Assembly (NCBI GenBank): GCA_035506575.1
Contig: DATJPD010000082.1
Coordinates: 18,566 to 82,565, forward strand
DNA: 64,000 nucleotides
Direction of reading: 5' to 3'
Source of the DNA: Alphaproteobacteria bacterium
GTDB taxonomy: Bacteria > Pseudomonadota > Alphaproteobacteria > CACIAM-22H2
In this document: positions 1-9,007 of the stretch, one piece after another
How the letters are laid out: each line of letters begins with the position of its first letter
Position numbering within the stretch: position 1 is the first letter of the stretch
Notes under the pieces: model-generated
Databases searched by the model: none
What the model was told of the DNA's origin: nothing
Seen by the model: only the letters and a program-made list of their open reading frames with translations
Program-made: the position numbers and the translations under genes

Positions 1-611
1 GACAGGATGTAGATGCCGTGCGCCCGGCAGAATTCGACGCATTCGCCGTAGAAATCGAGCCCGACGACCTGCGCGGTCGGATTTGAAGGGAAGCTCAGGA
101 CGAGCGCGATCGGCGGCGGGACGGAATGCTTGACCGCGCGCTTGAGGCTGCCGAAGAAATCATGCCCCTCGCCGATCGGCAGATGGCGCAAGCTGGCTCC
201 GGCCATGATGAAGCCGTAGGGGTGGATCGGATAGCTCGGATTGGGCACCAGGATCGTGTCGCCCGGGCTGGTGATCGCCTGCGCGAGATTGGCCAGGCCC
301 TCTTTCGAGCCGAGGGTCACGATCGTCTCGGTCTCGGGGTCGATGTCGACGTTGAACCGCCGCTTGTAATAGGCGGCGTGCGCCCGGCGCAGGCCAGGAA
401 TGCCGCGCGACACCGAGTAGCGGTGGGTGCGCGGATCGCGCACCGTCTCGACCAGCTTCTCGACGATGTGCTTGGGGGTCGGCATGTCGGGATTGCCCAT
501 GCCGAGGTCGATGACGTCGAGGCCGGCCGCGCGTGCCTTGGCACGCATGGTGTTGACCTCGGCGAACACGTAAGGCGGGAGACGTCTGATCCGGTAAAAA
601 TCTTCGCTCAT
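1..611 (-). CDS. Class I/II PLP-dependent aminotransferase (AlaA/aspartate aminotransferase-like). Only the N-terminal ~203 codons are present; the gene runs off the window start.
   Basis: Absent from the ORF track because it is open at the window edge. Manual reverse translation from the ATG (complement of cat at ~609-611) gives MSEDFYRIRRLPPYVFAEVNTMRAKARAAGLDVIDLGMGNPDMPTPKHIVEKLVETVRDPRTHRYSVSRGIPGLRRA..., a canonical class I aminotransferase N-terminus. The listed + ORF 126..704 is its antisense shadow. Confidence 0.85.
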   Translation of the reverse strand, partial: MSEDFYRIRRLPPYVFAEVNTMRAKARAAGLDVIDLGMGNPDMPTPKHIVEKLVETVRDPRTHRYSVSRGIPGLRRAHAAYYKRRFNVDIDPETETIVTLGSKEGLANLAQAITSPGDTILVPNPSYPIHPYGFIMAGASLRHLPIGEGHDFFGSLKRAVKHSVPPPIALVLSFPSNPTAQVVGLDFYGECVEFCRAHGIYIL

Positions 612-775
612 CGCATCACTTTAGCCCCGGATTGGGGCACCATTCTGACACCGGGACAGCCGATCTCCCCGCCGACTCGGCTGCCCGCGGCGCCAGCAAT
701 GTAAGGCGCATCAGCCCTGTAAGCACCTGTTTTTTCGAGGGATGATGGCTGGCTGGCGCTTCCCTGGGCGGCCCG

Positions 776-1390
776 GTGCGGCTACGGTGGCACGCCTCCA
801 TGCACGAGCCCTCTCCGCCCGACGACCTCGCCCGGCCGACCAGCCTTCGCCGTCGCCTGACCGAGCCTTCCTTCCTGTTTCTCCTGGTGTTTGCGAGCTC
901 AACCGGCCTCGCCTGCTATGTCTTGAAGGGACCGGCGGTGTTCTGGACGGCGTTTCGCGAGCATCTGTGGCTCCTCGTCGCGATTACGCCGGTGCTGGCC
1001 GGGGCGGTCCTCCTGGGCGCCTTCCTTCAGGCGCTGGTCCCGCCCGGCTATGTGCGCACGCGCCTGGGCGAAGGATCGGGACTGCGCGGCATCGCGATCG
1101 GCTCGTTCATCGGCCTGTTCGTACCCGGCGGACCGATGATCTCGATGCCGCTCCTGCTGGCGGTGATCGAGGCCGGGGCCGACCTCGCCGCGTGCGTCGC
1201 CTTCTACATGTCGTGGTCGATGCTGGCGTTGGTGCGCATCATCCAATGGGAGGTGCCGCTCATGGGCGGCAAGTTCGCGGCCATCCGTTTCCTGTCCGCG
1301 ATCCCGCTGCCCTTCGTGGCCGGTCTCATGGCCATTCCGCTGTTCCGCCGGTTTCGCGGGCGCGCACCCGGCAGCGGGATGTCCTCCTGA
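776..1390 (+). CDS. Integral membrane permease, half-size subunit A (COG0701/DUF318-like predicted permease)
   Basis: ORF track, 204 aa. It has several hydrophobic helices (FLFLLVFASSTGLACYVL, LWLLVAITPVLAGAVLLGAFL) and the motif GLFVPGGPMISMPLLLAV. An alternative start lies at ~800 (MHEPS). Its TGA stop overlaps the next ATG (TGATG). Confidence 0.6.
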   Translation: MRLRWHASMHEPSPPDDLARPTSLRRRLTEPSFLFLLVFASSTGLACYVLKGPAVFWTAFREHLWLLVAITPVLAGAVLLGAFLQALVPPGYVRTRLGEGSGLRGIAIGSFIGLFVPGGPMISMPLLLAVIEAGADLAACVAFYMSWSMLALVRIIQWEVPLMGGKFAAIRFLSAIPLPFVAGLMAIPLFRRFRGRAPGSGMSS

Positions 1391-1881
1391 TGCTGCTCGC
1401 CGCCTCGATCATCTGGCCGATCGTCGTGCTGTGCACGGTCGCCCTGTGGACCGGGCCGCGCTCGCGCCGCCGCCAGGCGCTGGCCCTGGCACAGACCAAC
1501 GGCGTGTTCATGGCTCTGCGCATGCCGTTCGCCATGCTGGGCGCCGGCTTCGCCGGCAGCCTGCTGCCGGCCGATCTGGTTGCCGAGTGGCTGGGCGGTG
1601 CGTCGGGCTGGAAAGGCATCCTCATCGCCTCGGCCGTCGGCTGCTTCGTGCCCAGCGGGCCGATCGTGTCGTTCCCGTTCGCGCTGGCGCTCTACAACAC
1701 CGGCGTGGGCGTCCCCCAGCTGGTGGCCTTCCTCACCTCGTGGTCGCTCCTGTCGGTGCACACGTTCATGGCCTGGGAGATGCCGGTCCTGGGCCTGCGC
1801 TTTCCGCTCGTGCGCTACGCGTGCTCCCTCATCCTTCCGCCGATCGCCGGGTTCCTCGCCATGGCGATGGTGGATATCTGA
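1390..1881 (+). CDS. Integral membrane permease, half-size subunit B (paralogous half of the same permease family)
   Basis: This is the C-terminal 164 codons of ORF 742..1881. The in-frame ATG at 1390 overlaps the upstream stop. The sequence begins MLLMLLAASIIWPIVVLCTVALW..., and the motif GCFVPSGPIVSFPFALAL mirrors the PGGP motif of subunit A. The N-terminal 216 codons of the listed ORF are an out-of-frame overlap with subunit A. Confidence 0.6.
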   Translation: MLLAASIIWPIVVLCTVALWTGPRSRRRQALALAQTNGVFMALRMPFAMLGAGFAGSLLPADLVAEWLGGASGWKGILIASAVGCFVPSGPIVSFPFALALYNTGVGVPQLVAFLTSWSLLSVHTFMAWEMPVLGLRFPLVRYACSLILPPIAGFLAMAMVDI

Positions 1882-1890
1882 CGCGCCGCC

Positions 1891-2787
1891 CTAATAGTCG
1901 ACGAACACGTCGTAGGCGTCAGCGCGGCGGGTGCCGCTGTCGAGGATGGTCACGCGGTCGCTGGGCAGCCCCGTGCCGGCGAGCGCCTCGCGCAAGGCCT
2001 TGGTGCGCCGGTCGGCAAGTCCCGCGGCCGGCGGCGGACCATTGGCCGGTGCCGGCACAAGCCGGACCCGGCCATCGTTCTCCAGCGCCGCTGCTGCCGC
2101 GGCATCGAGGGTGTTCCGCCCGGCGGCGCCGATGGAGGCGGTATCGCTGGCAAACGAGACGGTGCCGTGCCGCTCGGACGTCGTGAGCACGCCCCCGGCC
2201 GCCGACGCTCCTTGCTCCGGAACTGCGGGGACCTCGATGAGCGGTGCCGGTCCCGCCCCCTCCGGGGTGGAGTTCAGCAACTCAGGCGGCAGGGAGTTCG
2301 GGCTCGGCGGCGCTGCGTTCGCGGTCGTGCTCGGCGGCTCCGCTGCGGGCGCGGGCGCTGGCGTCGGCGCCGCAGGAGCACCGGCCGAGGGTGGCACCTG
2401 CGCTCCGGTTTGGGCGCGCAAGGTCTCGTCGGCCTTGGCCGCGGCCGCACGGTCGGCTTGAAGGGCCGTGACCTCCTTTTGACGTTGCTGACGCTGCCCC
2501 ACGGTCACGAAGGGTGGCGGCGGCACTGTGCCCAGGTTGGGGATCGGCCGGCCCTGCGCGGGCGGCGGCTCGACGTTCGGCGGGGCCGGCTCGTCGTATC
2601 CGAACAAGCCCATGACCGACCGCTTGGCGTTTCCGACCTGGGTAATGGGGTCGTATTCCGGCGGCAGCTGCGAGCAAGCGGCAACCGCCAGGGCCGCCGC
2701 GGCCACCAAAAAAATATTCCGCAATGGCCGCGCGGCACGCCCGGTTGCAGTGCGGTGAGTGCGGCGCAACAAGTTTGTCACATCCAT
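1891..2787 (-). CDS. Pro/Ala-rich lipoprotein with a C-terminal OmpA-like domain
   Basis: ORF 1891..2955 trimmed to the internal Met (MDVTNLLRR...). A lipobox is present (LAVAAC-S). It also has a long PAPAP-type linker and a C-terminal segment (DRRTKALREALAGTGLPSDRVTI) resembling OmpA_C peptidoglycan-binding domains. Confidence 0.6.
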   Translation of the reverse strand: MDVTNLLRRTHRTATGRAARPLRNIFLVAAAALAVAACSQLPPEYDPITQVGNAKRSVMGLFGYDEPAPPNVEPPPAQGRPIPNLGTVPPPPFVTVGQRQQRQKEVTALQADRAAAAKADETLRAQTGAQVPPSAGAPAAPTPAPAPAAEPPSTTANAAPPSPNSLPPELLNSTPEGAGPAPLIEVPAVPEQGASAAGGVLTTSERHGTVSFASDTASIGAAGRNTLDAAAAAALENDGRVRLVPAPANGPPPAAGLADRRTKALREALAGTGLPSDRVTILDSGTRRADAYDVFVDY

Positions 2788-2963
2788 GAGATACGTGCGC
2801 CGCAGCGCAACCGGTCTCCGAAGGGGCTGAAATCCACGCTGGTTTCGTATAGAGATTGTTAAAGTCTGCCGGCCTTTACTGGCGGAATCGCACACCCCAT
2901 CTAAGGCACTCCGGCACCCTAACGAAAAGACGAGCAGCCGCAAAGCTTCGCTCACACGAAATC

Positions 2964-4817
2964 ATGGCCGATCAGTCCAGTCCTCTGCCAAGATCTGTCT
3001 CCGCTCCGCCCGGCAAAGCGGCGCCGGCGGGGGAGTCGTCGCCGTCCGACGTCAAGCTGCCCGATCCGGTGGAGTTGTCGCGAATCATGACCCGCATCGC
3101 CGAGCACAGCCAGCGGCTGGTCAGTGAGTTCCTCACCCGCCAGGCTACGTCCCCGGTCGAGCAGCCGGACCCGCTCAATCTCGGCCACGCCTTCTTCGAC
3201 ATGACCGCACGCCTGATGGCGAACCCGGCCAAGCTCGTGCAGGCGCAGCTCTCGCTGTGGAACGACTACCTGGCGCTGTGGCAGTCGACCGCGCGCAAGA
3301 TGCTGGGCGAGCCCTCGCAGGCGGTCGTGACGCCGGCCGAAGACGACCGCCGGTTCAAGGACGCGCTGTGGGACGAGAATTACGTCTTCGACTACATCAA
3401 GCAGTCGTACCTGTTGTCGGCGCGCTGGATGCAGTCGCTCGTGCGCGACGTCGAGGGGCTCGACGAGAAGACGGCACGCAAAGTCGATTTCTACACGCGC
3501 CAATTCGTCGACGCGATGGCGCCCTCGAATTTCGCCGTGACCAATCCCGAGGTGCTGCGCGCCACGATCGACAGCGGCGGCGAGAACCTGCTCAAGGGCC
3601 TGTCCAATCTCCTGGACGATCTCGAGCGCGGCAAGGGCCGTCTGTCGATCAAGATGACCGACCTCGAGGCGTTCAAGGTCGGCGAGAACATCGCCGTGAC
3701 GCCCGGCAAGGTCGTCTACCAAAACGACCTGATGCAGCTCATCCAGTACGAGCCGACCACCGAGACCGTGGCCAAGCGCCCGCTGCTCATCATCCCGCCG
3801 TGGATCAACAAGTTCTACATCCTCGATCTGCGCGAGAAGAACTCGTTCATCAAATGGGCCGTGGGCCAAGGCCACACGGTATTCGTCATCTCGTGGGTCA
3901 ACCCCGACGAGAAGCTCGCCGCCAAGACGTTCGACGACTACATGGTCGAAGGACCTCTTGCCGCACTCGATGCCATGGAGAAGGCGACCGGGGAACGCGA
4001 CGCCAACGTGATTGGCTACTGCCTCGGCGGCACCCTCCTCGCCTCCACGCTTGCCTGGATGGCGGCACGGAAGGACGACCGCATCCAGAGTGCGACGTTC
4101 TTCGCCGCGATGGTCGATTTCGAGGAAGCCGGCGAGCTCTCGGTGTTCATCGACGAGGAGCAGCTTGCCGCCCTCGAAGAGAAGATGAACGAGAAGGGCT
4201 ATCTCGAAGGTCGCGACATGGCGACGACCTTCAACATGCTGCGCGCCAACGACCTGATCTGGTCGTTCGTCGTCAACAACTACCTCCTGGGCAAGGATCC
4301 GTTCCCGTTCGATCTCCTGTACTGGAATTCCGATTCCACGCGCATGCCCGCCGCGATGCACAGCTTCTACCTGCGGCAGATGTACCAGGAGAATCGCCTG
4401 TCCGCCGGCGAGATCAAGCTGCTCGGCACGAAGATCGATCTCACCAAGATCAAGCTGCCGGTGTTCATCCTGTCGACGCGCGAGGACCATATCGCCCCGT
4501 GGCGCTCGACCTATGTGGCGACGCAACTCTATCGCGGCCCGACCGAGTTCGTCCTTGCCGCCTCGGGCCACATCGCGGGCGTGGTGAATCCTCCGGCCGC
4601 CAACAAGTACAGCCATTGGGTCGGCAAGAAGACTCCGCCCGCACCCGAGGACTGGCTTGCCGCGGCCGAACAGCATCCGGGCTCGTGGTGGCCGCACTGG
4701 AACCAATGGGTCAAGAAGTACTCGGGCGGCGAGGTGCCGGCGCGCAAGCCGGGTGATGGCAAGCTCCCCGTGATCGAGGCGGCTCCTGGGTCGTACGTGA
4801 AAGTAAAAGCGGTCTAG
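2964..4817 (+). CDS. phaC: Class I poly(3-hydroxyalkanoate) synthase
   Basis: ORF 2856..4817 trimmed to MADQSSPLP at 2964. It has the lipase-box G-Y-C-L-G-G and the typical PhaC N-terminal region (NLGHAFFDMTARLMANPAKLVQAQLSLWNDYLALW). The length of ~617 aa fits. Confidence 0.95.
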   Translation: MADQSSPLPRSVSAPPGKAAPAGESSPSDVKLPDPVELSRIMTRIAEHSQRLVSEFLTRQATSPVEQPDPLNLGHAFFDMTARLMANPAKLVQAQLSLWNDYLALWQSTARKMLGEPSQAVVTPAEDDRRFKDALWDENYVFDYIKQSYLLSARWMQSLVRDVEGLDEKTARKVDFYTRQFVDAMAPSNFAVTNPEVLRATIDSGGENLLKGLSNLLDDLERGKGRLSIKMTDLEAFKVGENIAVTPGKVVYQNDLMQLIQYEPTTETVAKRPLLIIPPWINKFYILDLREKNSFIKWAVGQGHTVFVISWVNPDEKLAAKTFDDYMVEGPLAALDAMEKATGERDANVIGYCLGGTLLASTLAWMAARKDDRIQSATFFAAMVDFEEAGELSVFIDEEQLAALEEKMNEKGYLEGRDMATTFNMLRANDLIWSFVVNNYLLGKDPFPFDLLYWNSDSTRMPAAMHSFYLRQMYQENRLSAGEIKLLGTKIDLTKIKLPVFILSTREDHIAPWRSTYVATQLYRGPTEFVLAASGHIAGVVNPPAANKYSHWVGKKTPPAPEDWLAAAEQHPGSWWPHWNQWVKKYSGGEVPARKPGDGKLPVIEAAPGSYVKVKAV

Positions 4818-5191
4818 ATCTCAAGGACCGCCCCTCACCCGCGGCCGCAGAGTTGTCGCAGCGCCGCCGTTCGGTCCGTATGGCAGAATAAATCGGCAGC
4901 GGAGCGCTTTGCCGCAACTGCGTTGTTGCGGCGCAGCAAACTATGCACGTCTCACGCGTTGCCTGAGCGTGAAAGCGCTAGATTCGAGAAATCAATCTGG
5001 CTAGTTTTCGGCATGAAAGCTGATTCGGCTCTCTCCACGTTCGTGGAAAAAACGAGCCTTCCCCTCGACCGCGCGCATCACGCTGCCTACATGCAGCGGA
5101 TCAATAACGAGACAAAGAAATCACGGTGATGCCCCACGCGCAGTCCGCCCGCCATAAAGAAAATGCTGATCAGGTGCCGACAGGAGACGCC

Positions 5192-7018
5192 ATGAACGTG
5201 CACACCAATCGTCGTACGACCAACGCCAAGCTGCTGCACTGGGTCGAGGAGATGGCAGCCCTCTGCAAGCCTGACCAGATCTACTGGTGCGACGGTTCGC
5301 AGGAGGAATATGACCGGCTGTGCGCCGAGATGGTCGCGCGCGGCACGATGATCAAGCTCAATCAGCAGAAGCGTCCTGGCTGCTATCTCGCCCGCTCCAC
5401 ACCCGCCGACGTGGCGCGTGTCGAAGAGCGCACCTTCATCTGCTCCAAGCGCAAGGAAGACGCAGGCCCGACCAACAACTGGGTCGATCCCGACGAGATG
5501 AAGCGCACGCTCAAGCCGCTGTTCGACGGCTGCATGCGCGGGCGCACGATGTACGTCATTCCGTTCAGCATGGGCCCGCTCGGCTCGCCGATCGCGCATA
5601 TCGGCGTTCAACTGACCGATTCACCCTACGCCACGGTCAGCATGCGGATCATGACCCGCATCGGCCAGAAGGTGCTCGACGTGCTCGGCGACGGCAAGTT
5701 CGTGCCGTGCCTGCATTCGGTGGGCGCGCCGCTCAAGCCCGGCGAGAAAGACGTGCCGTGGCCGTGCAACACGCTCAAATACATCGTTCAGTTCCCCGAG
5801 GAACACACGATCTGGTCCTACGGCTCGGGCTATGGCGGCAACGCGCTGCTCGGCAAGAAGTGCTTTGCGCTGCGCATCGCCTCGATCCTGGCGCGCGAGG
5901 AAGGCTGGCTCGCCGAGCACATGCTGATCCTGGGCGTCGAAAGCCCCAAGGGCGAGAAGACCTATGTTGCCGCCGCCTTCCCGTCGGCGTGCGGCAAGAC
6001 GAATTTCGCGATGATGATCCCGCCGGCCGGCTTCGACGGCTGGAAGGTCACGACCATCGGCGAGGACATCGCCTGGATCAAGAAAGGCCCGGACGGCCGG
6101 CTGCGCGCCATCAACCCCGAGTTCGGCTTCTTCGGGGTCGCCCCAGGCACCTCGATGCGGACGAATCCGAACGCGCTCAGGATGCTGTCCAAGAACACTA
6201 TCTTCACCAACGTGGCGCTGACCGATGACGGCGATGTGTGGTGGGAGGGCATGGACGGCGCCCCGCCCGCGCACGCGATCGACTGGCAGGGACGCGACTG
6301 GACGCCGCAGAGCGGCACCAAGGCCGCCCACCCGAACTCCCGGTTCACGGTACCGACCTCGCAATGCCCGAGCCTGGACGCGGCCTGGGACGACCCGGCG
6401 GGCGTGCCGATCTCGGCCTTCATCTTCGGCGGCCGGCTCAGCAAGACCTTCCCTCTCGTGTTCCAGGCTTTCGACTGGTCGCACGGCGTCTACCTCGGGG
6501 CCACGCTCGGCTCCGAGGCCACGGCCGCGGCCGACAACCAGGCCGCCATCCGCCGCGACCCGATGGCGATGATCCCGTTCTGCGGCTACAACATGGCCGA
6601 TTACTGGGCGCACTGGCTCAGGGTCGGCAAAGGCCTCACGAACCCGCCGCCGATCTTCCGGGTGAACTGGTTCCGCAAGGACGGGGACGGCAAGTTCATT
6701 TGGCCGGGGTTCGGCGAGAACATGCGCGTCCTGAAGTGGATCCTCGACCGGGTCAATGGCCGCGCCGACGCGGTGGAGAGCCCGTTCGGCTTGATGCCGC
6801 GCCACCAGGACCTGACCTGGAACGGCCTCTCCTTCGACAAGGGTGCCTTCCACGCCATCATGGACATCAAACGCGACGAGGCGAAGCGCGAGGCCGAGGA
6901 CCAGAAGACATGGTTCGACACCTTCGGCGACCGCCTCCCGCGCGAGATGGAGAACCACCGCGAGAAGCTCCTCGCCCGAGTCGAGAAGTCGCCGCCGGTG
7001 TGGCAAGCACCGGAGTGA
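5192..7018 (+). CDS. pckG: Phosphoenolpyruvate carboxykinase, GTP-dependent type
   Basis: ORF 5126..7018 trimmed to MNVHT at 5192, preceded by AGGAGA. GTP-PEPCK signatures are present: [23 protein letters not shown] and [25 protein letters not shown]. Confidence 0.95.
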   Translation: MNVHTNRRTTNAKLLHWVEEMAALCKPDQIYWCDGSQEEYDRLCAEMVARGTMIKLNQQKRPGCYLARSTPADVARVEERTFICSKRKEDAGPTNNWVDPDEMKRTLKPLFDGCMRGRTMYVIPFSMGPLGSPIAHIGVQLTDSPYATVSMRIMTRIGQKVLDVLGDGKFVPCLHSVGAPLKPGEKDVPWPCNTLKYIVQFPEEHTIWSYGSGYGGNALLGKKCFALRIASILAREEGWLAEHMLILGVESPKGEKTYVAAAFPSACGKTNFAMMIPPAGFDGWKVTTIGEDIAWIKKGPDGRLRAINPEFGFFGVAPGTSMRTNPNALRMLSKNTIFTNVALTDDGDVWWEGMDGAPPAHAIDWQGRDWTPQSGTKAAHPNSRFTVPTSQCPSLDAAWDDPAGVPISAFIFGGRLSKTFPLVFQAFDWSHGVYLGATLGSEATAAADNQAAIRRDPMAMIPFCGYNMADYWAHWLRVGKGLTNPPPIFRVNWFRKDGDGKFIWPGFGENMRVLKWILDRVNGRADAVESPFGLMPRHQDLTWNGLSFDKGAFHAIMDIKRDEAKREAEDQKTWFDTFGDRLPREMENHREKLLARVEKSPPVWQAPE

Positions 7019-7033
7019 GCCCCGCTCTCCAAC

Positions 7034-7060
7034 AAAAGGCCGGCGTGAAGCCGGCCTTTT
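7034..7060 (+). terminator. Rho-independent terminator after pckG
   Basis: An 11-bp perfect stem (aaaaggccggc / gccggcctttt) with a 5-nt loop, ending in a T-run, 16 nt after the pckG stop. Coordinates are hand-counted. Confidence 0.7.
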
Positions 7061-7099
7061 CGTCGCGAGGTTGTGCGACTCGACCAGGTTTTCCGGGCC

Positions 7100-7565
7100 T
7101 CAGTTGACTTTCTAAAGCGCAAGCGTCACGGCCGAGTCGTTAACGCCAAAGTAGCAAATGTAATAAAAAATTCATTGGGCGACCATAAATTATACTTGCG
7201 CTTCAAAGGGCAAATCCCTTATTACCGCTAATGAGACGCCAATCGCACGTGCCAAGGCCCCTTCGTGGGTACAGTAACGACGTGTACGCGCCTTTTCGGT
7301 CGAGCCGGTCGACAGTGGGCCGGTACCTTAAGGGAAGTGGATACGATGGTTCCTGGGCACGACTTCGCGCCCTATCCGCGCATCGACGGGTAAACGCCCC
7401 CGCGGGCGGCTGAGCTGAGCTCGGCCGTATTCGCGCGTTTGCGTTTTCCGTCTTTCCGTCAAACCGCGCCACTCGTCTAACCCCCGGGAAAACCCGGATT
7501 GAGTGGACGCCCGTCGAGAGCCGCAAGGCCCACGCTCGACGTGTATCCGCGGATAGGGAGTTAAC
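7100..7565 (+). promoter_or_regulatory. Long (~450 nt) promoter and 5' leader region of the hss-odc-GNAT operon; candidate cis-regulatory RNA
   Basis: No convincing protein gene is present; ORF 7231..7413 has no SD and poor GC3. There is an AT-rich block at ~7140-7230, followed by a GC-rich segment with several local stems (gtcga/tcgac ~7299-7313, ccggg-aaaa-cccgg ~7483-7496, cgtcgag/ctcgacg ~7511-7540). Confidence 0.35.
7544..7555. promoter_or_regulatory. Perfect 12-nt palindrome TATCCGCGGATA abutting the hss Shine-Dalgarno; candidate operator
   Basis: tatccgcggata lies immediately 5' of gggag and the ATG at 7566. The half-site TATCCGCG recurs at ~7373-7380. Confidence 0.35.
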
Positions 7566-8978
7566 ATGGACAAGAAGCACGTTTCCTTTGCCGGCCGCGT
7601 GGTGATGGTCGGCTTTGGCTCGATCGGCCAGGGTGTGCTGCCGCTGATTCTGCGGCACATCGACATGCCGCGCGAGAACATCGTCATCGTCACCGCCGAA
7701 GAGCGCGGCCGCGAGATCGCCGCCGAATACGGCGTGCGGTTCATCGTCCGCCCGCTCACCCGCGACAACTACCGGGTCGTGCTGGACTCGCTGGTGAAGG
7801 CCGGCGACTTCATCCTGAACCTGTCGGTCGACGTGTCGTCGGTCGCACTGATCAAGTACGCCCATGCGAAGGGCGCGCTCTACCTCGACACCTGCGTCGA
7901 GCCGTGGGCCGGCGGCTACACCGATCCGTCGCTGTCCCCGTCCGAGCGCTCCAACTACGCCCTGCGCGAGACGGCACTGGCGCTGGCCCCGAAATTCGCG
8001 GGCGGCCCCACCGCCCTCCTCACCCACGGCGCCAATCCGGGCCTCGTTTCACACTTCGTCAAGGAAGCGCTGCTAAAGATCGCCAAGGACACGGGCCACA
8101 AGGTGCGCAGCCCGCGCGACCGCATCGGCTGGGCCCTGCTCGCCCGCGATCTTGGAGTGAAGGTGATCCACATCGCTGAGCGCGACACCCAGGTCGCCGA
8201 GCAGCCCAAGGCTCCCGGCGAGTTCGTCAACACCTGGTCGATCGACGGCTTCGTGGGCGAAGGCCAGCAGCCGGCCGAGCTCGGCTGGGGCACGCACGAG
8301 CGGCACTTCCCCGAGGACGGCCAGCGCCACGGCTTCGGCTGCGATTCGGCCATCTACCTGATGCGCCCGGGTGCGGCCACGCGCGTGCGCACCTGGACGC
8401 CGCTCGAGGGGCCGTTCCATGGCTTTCTCGTGACCCACAACGAGTCCATCTCGATCTCGGACTATTACACGCTGGCCGAGGGCGGCACGGTGCATTACCG
8501 GCCGACCGTCCATTATGCCTATCACCCGTGCGACGACGCCGTTCTGTCGCTGCACGAGCTGGCTGGCAAGAACTGGACCTTGCAGTCGACCAAGCGGCTG
8601 ATGATGACCGAGATCGCCAAGGGCATCGATGAGCTCGGTGTTCTGTTGATGGGCCATAAGCGCGGCGCATATTGGTATGGATCGCGCCTGTCCATCGACG
8701 AGGCGCGGGAGCTCGTGCCGCACAACAACGCGACCAGCCTTCAGGTCACGGTCGCGGTGCTCGGCGGCATGATCTGGGCGATCGAGAACCCGAACGCAGG
8801 CGTGGTCGAGGCGGACAATATCGACCACAAGCGCGTCATGGACATCGCGCGTCCCTATCTCGGCGAGGTGGTCGGCGTTTACTCCGACTGGACGCCGCTG
8901 GACGGCCGCGGCGCCCTGTTCCCGGAGGCGGTCGACTCCGCCGATCCCTGGCAGTTCAAGAATTTCCGCGTCGCCTGA
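7566..8978 (+). CDS. hss: Homospermidine synthase
   Basis: 470 aa with an N-terminal Rossmann motif (VVMVGFGSIGQGV). Segments THGANPGLVSHFVKEALL and WGTHERHFPEDG resemble bacterial Hss of the Blastochloris viridis type (~477 aa). Confidence 0.9.
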   Translation: MDKKHVSFAGRVVMVGFGSIGQGVLPLILRHIDMPRENIVIVTAEERGREIAAEYGVRFIVRPLTRDNYRVVLDSLVKAGDFILNLSVDVSSVALIKYAHAKGALYLDTCVEPWAGGYTDPSLSPSERSNYALRETALALAPKFAGGPTALLTHGANPGLVSHFVKEALLKIAKDTGHKVRSPRDRIGWALLARDLGVKVIHIAERDTQVAEQPKAPGEFVNTWSIDGFVGEGQQPAELGWGTHERHFPEDGQRHGFGCDSAIYLMRPGAATRVRTWTPLEGPFHGFLVTHNESISISDYYTLAEGGTVHYRPTVHYAYHPCDDAVLSLHELAGKNWTLQSTKRLMMTEIAKGIDELGVLLMGHKRGAYWYGSRLSIDEARELVPHNNATSLQVTVAVLGGMIWAIENPNAGVVEADNIDHKRVMDIARPYLGEVVGVYSDWTPLDGRGALFPEAVDSADPWQFKNFRVA

Positions 8979-9007
8979 GCGGCTGAACGCGAGAGGAGAC
9001 ATTCACG

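Noticed and set aside
742-1389. N-terminal 216 codons of the 379-aa ORF 742..1881
   Set aside because: This stretch overlaps permease half A out of frame and translates to an Arg/Pro-rich non-membrane sequence. Only the part from the ATG at 1390 looks like a real (membrane) protein.
2952-4706. 584-aa ORF on the minus strand spanning phaC
   Set aside because: It is entirely antisense to a textbook PhaC. The translation is Arg/Gly/His-rich low-complexity sequence typical of out-of-frame reading in high-GC DNA, with no SD and no motifs.
4923-5129. 68-aa + ORF in the phaC-pckG spacer
   Set aside because: It has no SD, AT-rich composition with poor third-position GC, and an odd composition. It more likely lies in the pckG promoter/leader.
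5621-7006. 461-aa minus-strand ORF (and 5320..6228, 6238..7107 + ORFs) overlapping pckG
   Set aside because: These are antisense or alternative-frame shadows of a clearly functional GTP-PEPCK gene. Their composition is dominated by R/A/G/P.
7231-7413. 60-aa + ORF inside the hss leader, and the 274-aa minus ORF 7203..8027
   Set aside because: The + ORF has no SD and non-genomic codon usage. The minus ORF runs antisense into hss. The + ORF is kept only as a possible regulatory uORF in the leader finding.
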